Shown: one piece after another, positions 52,464 through 62,602 of the stretch
How the letters are laid out: every line of letters starts with the position of its first letter
Numbering within the stretch: position 1 is the first letter of the stretch
The notes under the pieces: generated by a model
What the model was told of the DNA's origin: nothing
Databases searched by the model: none
Seen by the model: the letters and a program-made list of their open reading frames with translations, nothing else
Position numbers and translations under genes: made by a program
NCBI GenBank assembly: GCA_963712745.1
Contig: CAVQJC010000005.1
Span: forward strand, 224,001-288,000
DNA: 64,000 nt
Origin: an uncultured Chloroflexia bacterium
GTDB taxonomy: Bacteria > Chloroflexota > Limnocylindria > Limnocylindrales > CSP1-4
Direction: 5' to 3'

Positions 52464-54406
52464 CCGAAGGCGTCCTCCCCAAGTCCATCGTCATCCCGCT
52501 GGCCAACCCACGCACCGCGGCCGACCTCGTGCGCATCGGCGCCGCCCTGCTGCAGGATGGGGGCGCCATCACCGCCCTCTCGATCGTGGAAGTGCCCGAG
52601 GGCGTGCAGCTCTCCGAGGGCGCCACGCGAGCCCGCCAGGCCCGGCGCCTGCTGCAGCGCGTACTCGAGTTCGTCCCCGAGGGCGTGGAGCTGCGGACCG
52701 TCGTGCGCATCGGTCGCCGCGCCGATGAAGGCATCGTCGAGCTGGCTGCCGAGGAAGAGGCCGACCTCATCCTCTTCGGCTGGGGAGGCCCCGATCGGGC
52801 GCGTCGCAGCGTGTCCGAAAGAGACGATTTCCAGCCGGTCTTCAGCCCCACCATCGACGAGGTCATCCGCGAGCGGCCCTGTGACATCGCCGTGGTGAAG
52901 CAGCGCGGCATCGGTGAGGTCAGCCGCATCGTGGCCCCGGTCCGTGGCGGGCCTCATGCCGAGCTGGCCCTGCGCTACGCCTCGGCGCTCGCGAGCATGT
53001 TCGACGCCCAGCTCGACGTTCTCCACGTCGTGGCGCCCGGGGTGGACCCGACCATCAAGGCCAGGGCCGAACGGAACCTGGGGCTCTTCGTGGAGCGCCA
53101 CACCGGTGACGCCTCGGCCGCCCAGGTCGTCGAGGGCGCGGACGTGACAGAGGCCATCCTGCGCGAGGCCGACAGTGCCCAGATCGTGATCATGGGCGCC
53201 ACTGCCACGGCCTTCGACGCACCCGGCGCCTCCCTCTTCGGCCAGCTCGTGGAACACGTGGCCCAGGAGGCCGCGCCCACGGTCATCGTGGTCAAGACGC
53301 GGGACGTGCCCACGCGGGCCACGTTCGTGGAGCGCGCCAAGCAGGAGGATTCGCTCGAAGCCGCCGAGCAGGCTGCCGCGTCCCTCCGCAGCCTGCCGGC
53401 CAAGGTCGACCGCTGGTTCGGCGAGTCCTCGTTCGACTACACCGAGTTCAGCGACCTCAAGCGGCTCGTCGAGCTCAAGGAGAAGCGAGGCCTGACCATC
53501 TCGGCCGTCCTGCCCACGCTCAACGAGGCCGCCACCATCGGGCCCATCGTGCGCGCGGCCCGGCGGGAGCTGATGAAGGTGGTGCCGCTCTTGGATGAGC
53601 TGCTGGTCATCGACTCCGACTCTGACGATGAGACGCGCAGCATCGCCGAGGGCGAAGGCGCCCGCGTGGTCATCCACCAGCAGGTGCTACCCAAGTACGG
53701 CGCTCATCAAGGCAAAGGCGAGGCCCTCTGGAAGAGCCTCTACGAGACCAGCGGCGACCTGGTGGCCTGGTGCGACACCGACGTGAGCGAGTGGGACCCG
53801 CGATTCCTCTACGGCACCCTGGGCCCGCTGCTGACCGAGCCGCGCTTCGGCTACGTCAAGGCCTACTACCAGCGGCCCATCGTGCAGGGCGGCGTGCTCA
53901 CCGCCGGCGGTGGTGGACGGGTCACCGAGCTGGTCGCGCGGCCCCTTATCAACCTCTTCTACCCCGAGCTGTCGGGCTACATCCAGCCGCTCTCGGGCGA
54001 GTACGCGGGTCGCCGCGAGATCCTCGAGGACATCCCCTTCTTCACCGGCTACGCGGTCGAGATCGGGCACCTCATCGACCTCGCCGACAAGCTGGGCATA
54101 GGCGGCCTGGGCCAGGTCGACCTGGAGGTCCGCCACCACCGCAACCAGGATCTCGAGGGTCTCTCCAAGATGGCCTTCGTCATCATGCAGGCGGTCATGA
54201 AGCGGCTCGACGAGCGCGGCCACAAGGCGCGTATCGGGGAGCTGGGCACGTCCATGAAGCTGCCGCGATCGGCGGCTCACAAGCTCTCGCTCGACGTCAT
54301 CGACCTGGCCGATGTCGAGCGCCCGCCCATGTCCCGCATCCCCGAGTACCGGCGCAAGCGCGGTCTGTCCGATACGCCGGCCCAGCCCGCCGAGCCGTCC
54401 GAGTGA
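52460..54406 (+). CDS. gpgS: Tandem universal-stress-protein domains fused to glucosyl-3-phosphoglycerate synthase
   Basis: Two USP domains (ADLILFGW, IVIMGA); LPTLNEAATIG, GKGEALWKSL, GGGRVTEL, QPLSGEYA, GYAVE. Confidence 0.9.
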   Translation: MTEGVLPKSIVIPLANPRTAADLVRIGAALLQDGGAITALSIVEVPEGVQLSEGATRARQARRLLQRVLEFVPEGVELRTVVRIGRRADEGIVELAAEEEADLILFGWGGPDRARRSVSERDDFQPVFSPTIDEVIRERPCDIAVVKQRGIGEVSRIVAPVRGGPHAELALRYASALASMFDAQLDVLHVVAPGVDPTIKARAERNLGLFVERHTGDASAAQVVEGADVTEAILREADSAQIVIMGATATAFDAPGASLFGQLVEHVAQEAAPTVIVVKTRDVPTRATFVERAKQEDSLEAAEQAAASLRSLPAKVDRWFGESSFDYTEFSDLKRLVELKEKRGLTISAVLPTLNEAATIGPIVRAARRELMKVVPLLDELLVIDSDSDDETRSIAEGEGARVVIHQQVLPKYGAHQGKGEALWKSLYETSGDLVAWCDTDVSEWDPRFLYGTLGPLLTEPRFGYVKAYYQRPIVQGGVLTAGGGGRVTELVARPLINLFYPELSGYIQPLSGEYAGRREILEDIPFFTGYAVEIGHLIDLADKLGIGGLGQVDLEVRHHRNQDLEGLSKMAFVIMQAVMKRLDERGHKARIGELGTSMKLPRSAAHKLSLDVIDLADVERPPMSRIPEYRRKRGLSDTPAQPAEPSE

Positions 54407-54456
54407 CGCTGGCCGGGACCGGGATGGCGGCGCTCCGGGCGGCGACCGGCTGAGCG

Positions 54457-55626
54457 ATGCCCGTCCGTCGCCCATTGCGCGTGCTGGTCGCGCCCGACTC
54501 GTTCAAGGGCACGTTCTCGTCGGTGGTCGTGGCCGGAGCCCTGGCCGAGGGCTGGTCGACCGTCCGCCCCGGCGATGAGGTGGCCTTGACGCCCATGGCC
54601 GACGGCGGCGAGGGCACGCTGGATGCGGTCGAGGCCAGCGGCGGCTGGGACCGTCATCTCATGGCCGCCAAGGACCCGCTGATGCGTACCCTCAGTGCCG
54701 CGTTCCTGCGCGACGGCGAGCGGGCGGTGGTGGAGATGGCCTCGGCATCGGGGCTCTCCCGCGTGCCCGAGGCGGAGCGAGACGCCATGGCGGCATCGAC
54801 CTTCGGCACCGGCCAGATCCTGGCGGCCGCCATCGGCCTCGGCTGCCGCGAGATCGTCATCGGCTTCGGCGGCAGCGCCACCACCGACGGTGGGGCCGGC
54901 TTGCTCGAGGCCCTGGGCGCTCGCTTCCGTGATCCCACCGAGGCCGACCTTCCGCCCGGCGGCGGCGCCCTCGGCCACCTGGCCAGCGTCGACTTCAACG
55001 AGCTGTCGGAGGTACTCGGGGAGGTTCACCTGACGGTGGCCTCGGATGTGACCAACCCCTTGCTCGGCGAGCGCGGCGCGGCGGCCACGTACGGGCCCCA
55101 GAAGGGAGCCACGGTCGAGCAGGTGGCCGAGCTCGACCGCAACCTGCGGCGCTACGCCGACATCATCGAAGGCGTGCTCGGCCGGCCGCTGCGCTATGAG
55201 CCGGGCACGGGCGCGGCGGGCGGCGCCATCTTCGGGCTGCTCGCGATCGCCGACCGCTTCGCGTCCCTGGAGGTCCGGCCGGGCGTGGACGTGGTGATGG
55301 AGCTGACCGGCTTCGATGCTGCGGTCGAGTCGGCCGACCTGGTGCTCACCGGCGAGGGCAAGGTCGATGGCCAGACCGCGTACGGTAAGACCGCCATGGG
55401 CGTGGCCGGACGCGCCCGGGCCGCAGGTGCGCGGACCGTCTGCTTCTGCGGCGGCGTGACGCCCGAGGGCGCCGAGTTCATGCACGGCCTGGGGGTGGTC
55501 ACCATGCCCGTGACGGAACGGCCGATGAGCCTGGAGGAGTGCCTGGCCGCGGGTACGGCGCCCATCGCCCGAGCCGCCGGCCGGGCCGCGGCCATCGTCG
55601 ATATGGCAGACGGGCTGCGCCGATGA
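54457..55626 (+). CDS. Glycerate kinase (GlxK/GarK family)
   Basis: APDSFKG, ADGGEG, GGSATTDGG, GAAGG, TGEGKVDGQT. Confidence 0.94.
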   Translation: MPVRRPLRVLVAPDSFKGTFSSVVVAGALAEGWSTVRPGDEVALTPMADGGEGTLDAVEASGGWDRHLMAAKDPLMRTLSAAFLRDGERAVVEMASASGLSRVPEAERDAMAASTFGTGQILAAAIGLGCREIVIGFGGSATTDGGAGLLEALGARFRDPTEADLPPGGGALGHLASVDFNELSEVLGEVHLTVASDVTNPLLGERGAAATYGPQKGATVEQVAELDRNLRRYADIIEGVLGRPLRYEPGTGAAGGAIFGLLAIADRFASLEVRPGVDVVMELTGFDAAVESADLVLTGEGKVDGQTAYGKTAMGVAGRARAAGARTVCFCGGVTPEGAEFMHGLGVVTMPVTERPMSLEECLAAGTAPIARAAGRAAAIVDMADGLRR

Positions 55627-56483
55627 CGTCGAAGGCCAAGAGCCGGAAGCGGCGCAAGCCGAACCCCATCGGGCCCTGGGCCAGGCGCTTGACGCAGGCC
55701 CGGCCTGACCTGGTGGAGTTCGTGCTCGAGGGCGTGCGATCGCTGTACGGGGTGCCGGCATGGGAGCGGGTGCTCGACCCGACCTCCGAGCTGGTGCTCA
55801 CGATCCTGTCGCAGAACTCGGCCGACACCAATGCCGAAAAGGCCTTCGACGCGCTGGGCCGGGCATATCCTCCTGACCTTTCCCCGGTCGTACCGGCCTA
55901 TCCGGTCGAGCCGGCGGCGCCCGAAGAAGTCGAGGATGCCGTGGGCACCCGGCCCGGCTGGGGCGGCCAGGGCTGGCTGCAGCTGTCGCCGCCCGACTGG
56001 ATGCGAGTGGAGTCGGCGCCTGTCGACGAACTGGTCGACGTCATCCGCCCGGGCGGCCTGGCCAACCAGAAGGCACCGCGCATCCAGGCTTCGCTGGCGC
56101 GCGTCCGCGAGGCGCACGGCGACCACTCGCTCGAGTTCCTCGGTGAGATGGAGCCGCTGGCGGCGCGCGATTGGCTGACCAGCATCGGCGGCATCGGCGT
56201 GAAGACCGCCTCGGTAGTGCTGATGATGTCGTTCGGGATGCCGCTGATGCCGGTGGACCGTCACGTCGACCGCGTTTCCAAGCGCATCGGTCTCATGCCG
56301 TCGAAGGTCTCGGCCGAGGAGGCTCACGACCGCTACCTGGCGCTACTCGAGCCGGAGCAGTGCTATCCCATGCACGTGGGCCTCATCACCCACGGTCGCA
56401 GGACGTGCCACGCCCGGGTGCCCGATTGCGACGGCTGCCCCATCGCGCCGCGCTGCCGATTCGTCGACCGGTGGGCGCCATAG
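55623..56483 (+). CDS. nth: Endonuclease III-like HhH-GPD glycosylase with 4Fe-4S cluster
   Basis: TILSQN, GIGVKTA, PVDRHV, CX6CX2CX5C. Confidence 0.88.
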   Translation: MTSKAKSRKRRKPNPIGPWARRLTQARPDLVEFVLEGVRSLYGVPAWERVLDPTSELVLTILSQNSADTNAEKAFDALGRAYPPDLSPVVPAYPVEPAAPEEVEDAVGTRPGWGGQGWLQLSPPDWMRVESAPVDELVDVIRPGGLANQKAPRIQASLARVREAHGDHSLEFLGEMEPLAARDWLTSIGGIGVKTASVVLMMSFGMPLMPVDRHVDRVSKRIGLMPSKVSAEEAHDRYLALLEPEQCYPMHVGLITHGRRTCHARVPDCDGCPIAPRCRFVDRWAP

Positions 56484-56517
56484 GGCGGTCGGGGGACGAC
56501 ACCGGGAGGGACGGTCG

Positions 56518-56994
56518 ATGACCAGCGGGGACGAGACACCGCCGCAGAAGCCGCGCACACCGCCGCGCTGGTTCGTGAAGTCGTTCTGGTACGGACACCG
56601 GGCGGTCTACCGCCTGACCGGCGGGCGCCTGGGGCTGCGCCGGGCCAAGCCGGGTCGCTGGGGCACGCTGCGGCTGCACACGCTGGGGCGGCGCAGCGGG
56701 CAGGTTCGCACGGCCATCCTCGGCTACATCGAGGATGACCGGGACATCGTGCTGCTGGCAACCAACGGGATGATGGAGTCACTGCCCGCGTGGTGGCTCA
56801 ACCTGCAGGAGACGCCGGACGCGATCGCCGATCTGCCCGGGGGCACACGCGAGGTCACCGCACGTGAAGCGAGGGGTGCGGAGCGCGAACGGCTGTGGGC
56901 CAGGTGGCTGGAGGTGGGGGACGAGCTGGCCATGGACGCCGCCGCGCTCCGGCGTGAGATCCCCGTGATCGTGCTGGAGCCGCGCAGGGCCTGA
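56518..56994 (+). CDS. F420H2-dependent (deazaflavin) nitroreductase family protein
   Basis: TLGRRSGQVR, ATNG, PAWWLNL, REIPVIVLEP. Confidence 0.9.
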   Translation: MTSGDETPPQKPRTPPRWFVKSFWYGHRAVYRLTGGRLGLRRAKPGRWGTLRLHTLGRRSGQVRTAILGYIEDDRDIVLLATNGMMESLPAWWLNLQETPDAIADLPGGTREVTAREARGAERERLWARWLEVGDELAMDAAALRREIPVIVLEPRRA

Positions 56995-57023
56995 TCGTGC
57001 GGAGTCCGCGCGCGGCCTGATCG

Positions 57024-57458
57024 TCAGCGAAGGATGGCCACCACGAAGCTGGCGGCCAGCACCGCCAGCACGGCCGCGGCCAGCAGCAGCGTGCGCCTGT
57101 CGGCGGAGCGGCGGTATTCCCAGGCAGTCACGAGCAGGCCGGCCACGGGCGTGGCCACGACCACGTATGCGCCGACGGCCGCCCAGGCCCAGGGCGTGAG
57201 CGCCGTGAGGCCCTCGAGCACTGCGGCAAGGTCGGTCATCTCGCCGCTGCCGGGAGCCCTGCCGACGACCTCCAGCCCGATCGCTACCGCGAAGAAGACG
57301 GCAGCCACAAGCACGCCGCCGGTGAGCGTGGCGCTGGTGTAGCGTCGTTCGGCCGGGTGCCGGCCCGGAAGCGCTGAGGCGGCAGCGGGCGGCGCGGCTG
57401 GCGGCGTGCCGGGCGGCGCGGCGGGCGGTCCAACGGGCGGTGCACTCGGCGTCGTCAT
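57024..57458 (-). CDS. DUF1634-like membrane protein
   Basis: Three TM segments, ATPV motif, coupled to the TauE gene. Confidence 0.75.
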   Translation of the reverse strand: MTTPSAPPVGPPAAPPGTPPAAPPAAASALPGRHPAERRYTSATLTGGVLVAAVFFAVAIGLEVVGRAPGSGEMTDLAAVLEGLTALTPWAWAAVGAYVVVATPVAGLLVTAWEYRRSADRRTLLLAAAVLAVLAASFVVAILR

Positions 57459-58282
57459 AGCTGCAGGAACTCCACGAACATGCTCACGGCGAAGACCGCT
57501 GCCACGGCCACGAAGGCCAGGCGCAGCAGCTCCTGCGACAGGTGCATGGACAGGCGAGCCCCCAGCCGGGCACCCACGATGACACCGAGCGCCACCGGTG
57601 CGGCCAGCAGCGGATCGAGCTTGTCGGAGGCCAGGTAGACGATCGCCGACGCCGTGGCCGTGGCGGCGAGCATGTAGGTGCTGGTGGTGGTGGCCACGCG
57701 GATGGGCACGTGCATGAGCACGTTCATGGTGGGCACGTTGATGACCCCGCCGCCGACCCCGAGCAGGCCGCTGACGTTGCCGGCCATGAACGACACCAGC
57801 GTGCCCGGAAGGATGCGCCGCGCCCGATATTCGATCTCGTGCCCGCTCGTCGGCTCAACGAACGAGGATACGAAGCCCGACTGGTGGTCCTCTTCATCGA
57901 TGGGTGGGGGTGAGGCCGGATGCCGTATCTGCCAGAGCATGCGCAGGGCCACGCCAGCAAGCAGCAGCGCGAACAGCAGCGAAAGGGTTCGCCCGTCGAG
58001 GTGGCCGGCGGTGACTCCGCCGGCCAGGCCGCCGAGGGCGGAGCCCACCAGCAGCAGGAGCCCCAGGCGCCGGTCGGCGAGTCCCGACTTGATGTAGCGA
58101 GGAGAGGCCGAGAGCGAGGTGGCGATGACGCCGATGAGGCTGGCCCCGATGGCGACCTTCACGTCATAGCCGAGGAATACGCTCAGCAGCGGCACGATGA
58201 CCAGGCCACCGCCGATACCCACCATCGAGCCGAAGCCGCCGGCGGCGATCGACACCAGGAACGCCACCAGCAATGCGCTCAC
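57455..58282 (-). CDS. Sulfite exporter TauE/SafE family protein
   Basis: GSMVGIGGG and SGLLGVGGG duplicated motifs. Confidence 0.9.
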   Translation of the reverse strand: MSALLVAFLVSIAAGGFGSMVGIGGGLVIVPLLSVFLGYDVKVAIGASLIGVIATSLSASPRYIKSGLADRRLGLLLLVGSALGGLAGGVTAGHLDGRTLSLLFALLLAGVALRMLWQIRHPASPPPIDEEDHQSGFVSSFVEPTSGHEIEYRARRILPGTLVSFMAGNVSGLLGVGGGVINVPTMNVLMHVPIRVATTTSTYMLAATATASAIVYLASDKLDPLLAAPVALGVIVGARLGARLSMHLSQELLRLAFVAVAAVFAVSMFVEFLQL

Positions 58283-58364
58283 GGGCGCACGCTCTGGCTC
58301 GGGTCCGCGTGTCGGCTGGGTTTCACGGCTAGGAGGATAGCCGCGCTACCATTCGGCCATGGCC

Positions 58365-59555
58365 ATGTTCACTGATCTCGAGCCCCGAGCACCCGACGCC
58401 ATCCTGGGGCTGATGGAGCGCTTCCGCGCTGACGACCGACCTGACAAGGTGTCGCTCGCCACGGGCGTCTATATCGACGAAACCGGTATCACTCCCGTGC
58501 TCGACACGGTGCGTGAGGCCGAAGCACGCATCCTCGAGGGACAGACCACGAAGGTGTACAAGCCCATCGCCGGCGATCCCGCCTATAACCGACCCGTGCG
58601 CGACCTCGTCTTCGGGGCCGAGCACCCTGCCGTCAGCGGTGGGCGGGTGGAGACGATGCACACCCCCGGTGGCACTGGCGCGCTGCGCGTGGCAGGTGAC
58701 CTGCTCGCCGGCATCAGCCCCAGCGCCGCTGTCTGGCTCTCGACGCCGACCTGGCCCAACCACCCGCAGGTGTTCGACGCGGCCGATCTGCCCATCCGCA
58801 GCTACCCCTACCTTGGTGAGGACGGCGAGCTCGACATCGAGACGATGCTCGGCGTCCTGCGCTCGGTGCCGGCCGGCGACGTGGTCGTGCTGCACGGCTG
58901 CTGCCACAACCCCACCGGCATCGATCCCACCGCAGAGCAGTGGGAGCGCATCGCCGACACCGTCATCGGGGCGGGTGCCCTGCCCCTGCTCGACTTCGCC
59001 TACCAGGGGTTCGCCGACGGGCTCGACGCAGATGCCAGGGGCCTGCGCGCCCTGCTCGCACGTGAAGGCACGATGCTCGTGGCCAGCAGCTTCAGCAAGA
59101 ACTTCGCACTGTACGACGAGCGCGTGGGGGCCCTGAGCATCGTCGGCGCCGATGCCGACGAGACGGCCACGCTGCTCTCGCACGCCAAGGCCGTCATCCG
59201 CTCGAACTACTCGAACCCACCCGCCCATGGAGGCGAGATCGTGGCCACCGTCCTTTCGGACCCGGAACTCAAGGCCCGTTGGGTCGACGAGGTCGGCGTC
59301 ATGCGCGACCGTATCAACGGCAACCGCGCGAGGTTCGTGGCCGGCCTGCAGGCTGCGGGCGCACCGGGTAACCACGAGTCGCTCATGCGCCAGCGCGGCA
59401 TGTTCTCCCTGCTGCCGCTCGGCGAGGAGCGCGTGGCTCGGCTGCGCGACGAGTTCGGCGTGTACGTGGTGGGCAAGGGCCGAGTCAACGTGGCCGGTCT
59501 GACCGAGGAGAACCTGGAGCCCGTCTGCCGCGCCATCGCAACCGTGACGTCCTAG
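58365..59555 (+). CDS. aspC: Aspartate/aromatic amino-acid aminotransferase (AspC/TyrB type)
   Basis: PDAILGL, TPGGTGALR, HGCCHNPTG, DFAYQGF, SFSKNFALYDERVG. Confidence 0.9.
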   Translation: MFTDLEPRAPDAILGLMERFRADDRPDKVSLATGVYIDETGITPVLDTVREAEARILEGQTTKVYKPIAGDPAYNRPVRDLVFGAEHPAVSGGRVETMHTPGGTGALRVAGDLLAGISPSAAVWLSTPTWPNHPQVFDAADLPIRSYPYLGEDGELDIETMLGVLRSVPAGDVVVLHGCCHNPTGIDPTAEQWERIADTVIGAGALPLLDFAYQGFADGLDADARGLRALLAREGTMLVASSFSKNFALYDERVGALSIVGADADETATLLSHAKAVIRSNYSNPPAHGGEIVATVLSDPELKARWVDEVGVMRDRINGNRARFVAGLQAAGAPGNHESLMRQRGMFSLLPLGEERVARLRDEFGVYVVGKGRVNVAGLTEENLEPVCRAIATVTS

Positions 59556-59821
59556 CCAGACCTCTTCCGGCCGGCCGCCGCCAGTAGTACTGGTGACGCG
59601 ATGCCCACAGCTCGAAGGTACGGGGTACTCGGGTGTGGATTGTGGGAGTAGCCTGTTGCGAAGGATGGCCCGATAGTACGGCTGTGAACGTCGTCATCTC
59701 TCCCACACCCCGTACGAACGTCCGCCCCCTTCCGGGGCCGGGCGGTCGGTTCATCCCGCGGACAGCGCCGAAGCAGCAAAGGCGAAGGATGATCGCAACA
59801 TTCGCTACTATCACCTCCCGC

Positions 59822-60484
59822 ATGCGACTGAACCTCTTTGCTCGAAGCCAGCACCCGAATCCCCAGCCCCAGCCCCAGCCCCAGCCCCAACCTTCGATCC
59901 AGCCGGATACCACGCCGGTGAGACCGCCGACGGGCAAGACCTTCCCGGCCGACGAGGTCGTTTGGGGCATCGTCATCCGCAACGGCTTCGACGAGCTGGA
60001 TGACCCGGTGTATCACCGCGGCACGACGCAGCACGCGTACCTCGAAGGCAACGACAACGTCGCCATCTGCGGTTTCCGTCCACCGCAGTCGGGGCCACGT
60101 ACGCGGCGTCGCTCTCGCCTGGGACTGCCTACCAGTGGCGACCATCCGATGTGTGGATCCTGCGCCCGCATGGTCGTGGCACCGCGCCCGCGAGTGCCGG
60201 TGGCCGTGCGGCCGGGCCGCCCGCCGGTGGCCGTGCCGGTCGCCCGTCCCGTCCAGCCAGGGCCGGTGCCGGTGTCCGTGGCCCAGGCGGTCCCGCCGCC
60301 ACCGCCGACCGCTCCCATGCCGATGGCACCTGCGACCCAGGGCGCGACTCCATCTACGTCCCCGTGGGTCCGCAACCGAACCGGCGCCGGCGAGGCCGCC
60401 GACACCGTGAGCATCGAACTCGGCACCCGTCACGACAGCGGCCTGATGCAGCGTGGCGTGCACACCGAGCTCCAGCCAGACTGA
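59822..60484 (+). CDS. Hypothetical Pro-rich protein with a putative zinc finger
   Basis: QP repeat; HAY...AICG...CGSC. Confidence 0.65.
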   Translation: MRLNLFARSQHPNPQPQPQPQPQPSIQPDTTPVRPPTGKTFPADEVVWGIVIRNGFDELDDPVYHRGTTQHAYLEGNDNVAICGFRPPQSGPRTRRRSRLGLPTSGDHPMCGSCARMVVAPRPRVPVAVRPGRPPVAVPVARPVQPGPVPVSVAQAVPPPPPTAPMPMAPATQGATPSTSPWVRNRTGAGEAADTVSIELGTRHDSGLMQRGVHTELQPD

Positions 60485-60604
60485 CCCGCCGGCAAGCCCG
60501 GCCGAGCAGGGAGAGGCCGCCCGGTACCTTCGTGGTATCGGGCGGTAGCTCGTTTCTGGGCGCCTCGTCGTTCATGGGCGACTGGGGGCGCGTCGCCCGC
60601 GCAG

Positions 60605-61612
60605 CTACTCGGTCGGCTTGACGATGATCTTCAGGCCCTCGCGCGCGACGAGATCGCCAAAGGCCTGGGCACCCTCGGCCAAGGGATAGGTAGCGGTGAT
60701 CATGCCCTTGAGCGAGACGATGCCGTGGTCGGCCATCTCGATGGCTCGCAGCATGTGCACGAACTTCATGCGCCGCGACCAGGCGATGGTCAGGCCCTTG
60801 CGCCGCGCCTCGCCCGCACCGAACGCATGCCGGTTCGTGGGCGGGATGCCGACCACCACGACCCGGCCTCCGAGCCTGGTCGTGATCAGCGCCAATTCGA
60901 GCGCTGCGTCTTCCCCGGCGGCCTCGAAGCCGACATCGACCGTGGCGACCTCCCGGATGCCATCAGGCTGGCCGGTGACCTCGGTGAGATAGGCTTCGTC
61001 GGCGCCCGAGGCCAGGGCGGCCTCGACGCGGTGGGCCTTGGCATCGGTGGCGATGACCCGGCTGGCACCCATGGCCTTGAGGGCGCGGATGAGGAACAGC
61101 CCGATGGGCCCCGATCCGAAGACGCCGGCACTCATGCCGGCCTTGAAGTGGCCAAGGTCGATGCCGTGGAGGGCGATGCCCAGCGGCTCGAGCAGCGCGA
61201 CATCGTCGCCCTCGATGCTGTCGGGCGCAGGCAGAAGGAGCCGCTGCGGCCAGTTCATGAACGTGCGCAGGCCACCATGGACGGGAGCGTGCCCGCAGAA
61301 CTTCACCTCCGGGCAGAGGTTGCCGTGGCCGGCGCGGCAGACCTCGCAGGTGCCGCAGGGGTCGGCCGGCTCGACGATGACTCGCTCGCCCTCGCGCGGG
61401 CCGGACATGATGACGCCGCCCATCTCGTGGCCCAGCACGAGTGGCTCTCCGACCACGGATTCGCCGATGCCGCCGTCCTCGTACCAATGAAGATCGGAGC
61501 CGCAGAGGCCGACTGCCGTGATGCGTACCAGCTCCTCGCCGGGCGCGACCGTGGGTTCGGGTTCCTGGTGGACACGGACGTCGTTGGCGCCGTGTAGTCG
61601 AAGCACTTCCAT
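60605..61612 (-). CDS. Zn-dependent polyol (sorbitol-type) dehydrogenase
   Basis: GLCGSD, LGHE, four structural Zn cysteines, GSGPIG. Confidence 0.92.
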   Translation of the reverse strand: MEVLRLHGANDVRVHQEPEPTVAPGEELVRITAVGLCGSDLHWYEDGGIGESVVGEPLVLGHEMGGVIMSGPREGERVIVEPADPCGTCEVCRAGHGNLCPEVKFCGHAPVHGGLRTFMNWPQRLLLPAPDSIEGDDVALLEPLGIALHGIDLGHFKAGMSAGVFGSGPIGLFLIRALKAMGASRVIATDAKAHRVEAALASGADEAYLTEVTGQPDGIREVATVDVGFEAAGEDAALELALITTRLGGRVVVVGIPPTNRHAFGAGEARRKGLTIAWSRRMKFVHMLRAIEMADHGIVSLKGMITATYPLAEGAQAFGDLVAREGLKIIVKPTE

Positions 61613-61807
61613 GGCCTAACCATAGCCGCAGCGGCCGGGCCGGCTGGAGGGCCGGTCGGCACCCGGACGGCGGCGGAAGCGCCCGGCGCACGCGGGCTGG
61701 TGCGTTCGGTCAACGGTCGAGTCGGTGCGGTCGCGTATGATCGGGTCGTGGCCGGGGGTGCGTGCCGTGCGCGCCTGAGCCACAACGCGAGGAGTCGCTA
61801 TCGCCTG

Positions 61808-62476
61808 ATGGCCACCGAGCATGTGCACGTGCCCGCGCACGCTTCCGACTGGGCCACGCCCGCTGCCGCACCAGCCCCCGACTGGACGCCCGTTCCCACC
61901 CTGGAGAGACCGCGTTCGCCGGTCAACGAGGGGCTCGTCGAGGTCGCCTCGGCGATGGCGCCGGGCAAGGCACTGGACCTCGGTTGCGGTGAAGGCCAGA
62001 ACGCGATCTGGCTGGCCCAACGGGGCTGGATCGTCACTGCCGTGGACATGTCCCCGAGCGCCATCAGTGGAGCGCGCGAACAGGCCGCCGCGGCCGGAGT
62101 GGACCGCACCATCGTCTTCGACATGGCTGACATCGCCGATTGGTCCCCGGCCTCACGCTACGACCTCGTCTTCTGCACCTTCGCCCTGCCTGCCCGCGGC
62201 ATGGGCCGCAGCCGCATGCTGGACATGGCTGCGGCCGCGGTCGCACCGGGCGGCACCATCCTGCTGACCGATTTCGACGCTTCGTTGCGCCGCGAGGGCT
62301 GGATGGCTGAGAAGTACCTGGTCTCGGTCGAGGAGCTGGAGCGCCATCTCGGAGGCTTCCGCATCGATCGCGCCGTCGTGCGCAAGGCCCGGCACCGCCA
62401 CGGCTACGAGGAGCGTGTGCTGCCCGCGGCCGACGTGGTGGCCACACGCCGGACGGACCTGCGCAGCTCCTTCTAG
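61808..62476 (+). CDS. Class I SAM-dependent methyltransferase
   Basis: ALDLGCGEGQNAIWLA, AVDMS, APGG. Confidence 0.9.
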   Translation: MATEHVHVPAHASDWATPAAAPAPDWTPVPTLERPRSPVNEGLVEVASAMAPGKALDLGCGEGQNAIWLAQRGWIVTAVDMSPSAISGAREQAAAAGVDRTIVFDMADIADWSPASRYDLVFCTFALPARGMGRSRMLDMAAAAVAPGGTILLTDFDASLRREGWMAEKYLVSVEELERHLGGFRIDRAVVRKARHRHGYEERVLPAADVVATRRTDLRSSF

Positions 62477-62602
62477 CCCCTCCCCCGACGCTCCCCTGCC
62501 GCTGCCCTATCCTGCCCCGGTGACGAACGAGGCCCACGGGGCTGAGACCAACGAGCTACCCATCGCCTTGGTCGTCGCCCGACACCCCGGCCCACGGATG
62601 CC

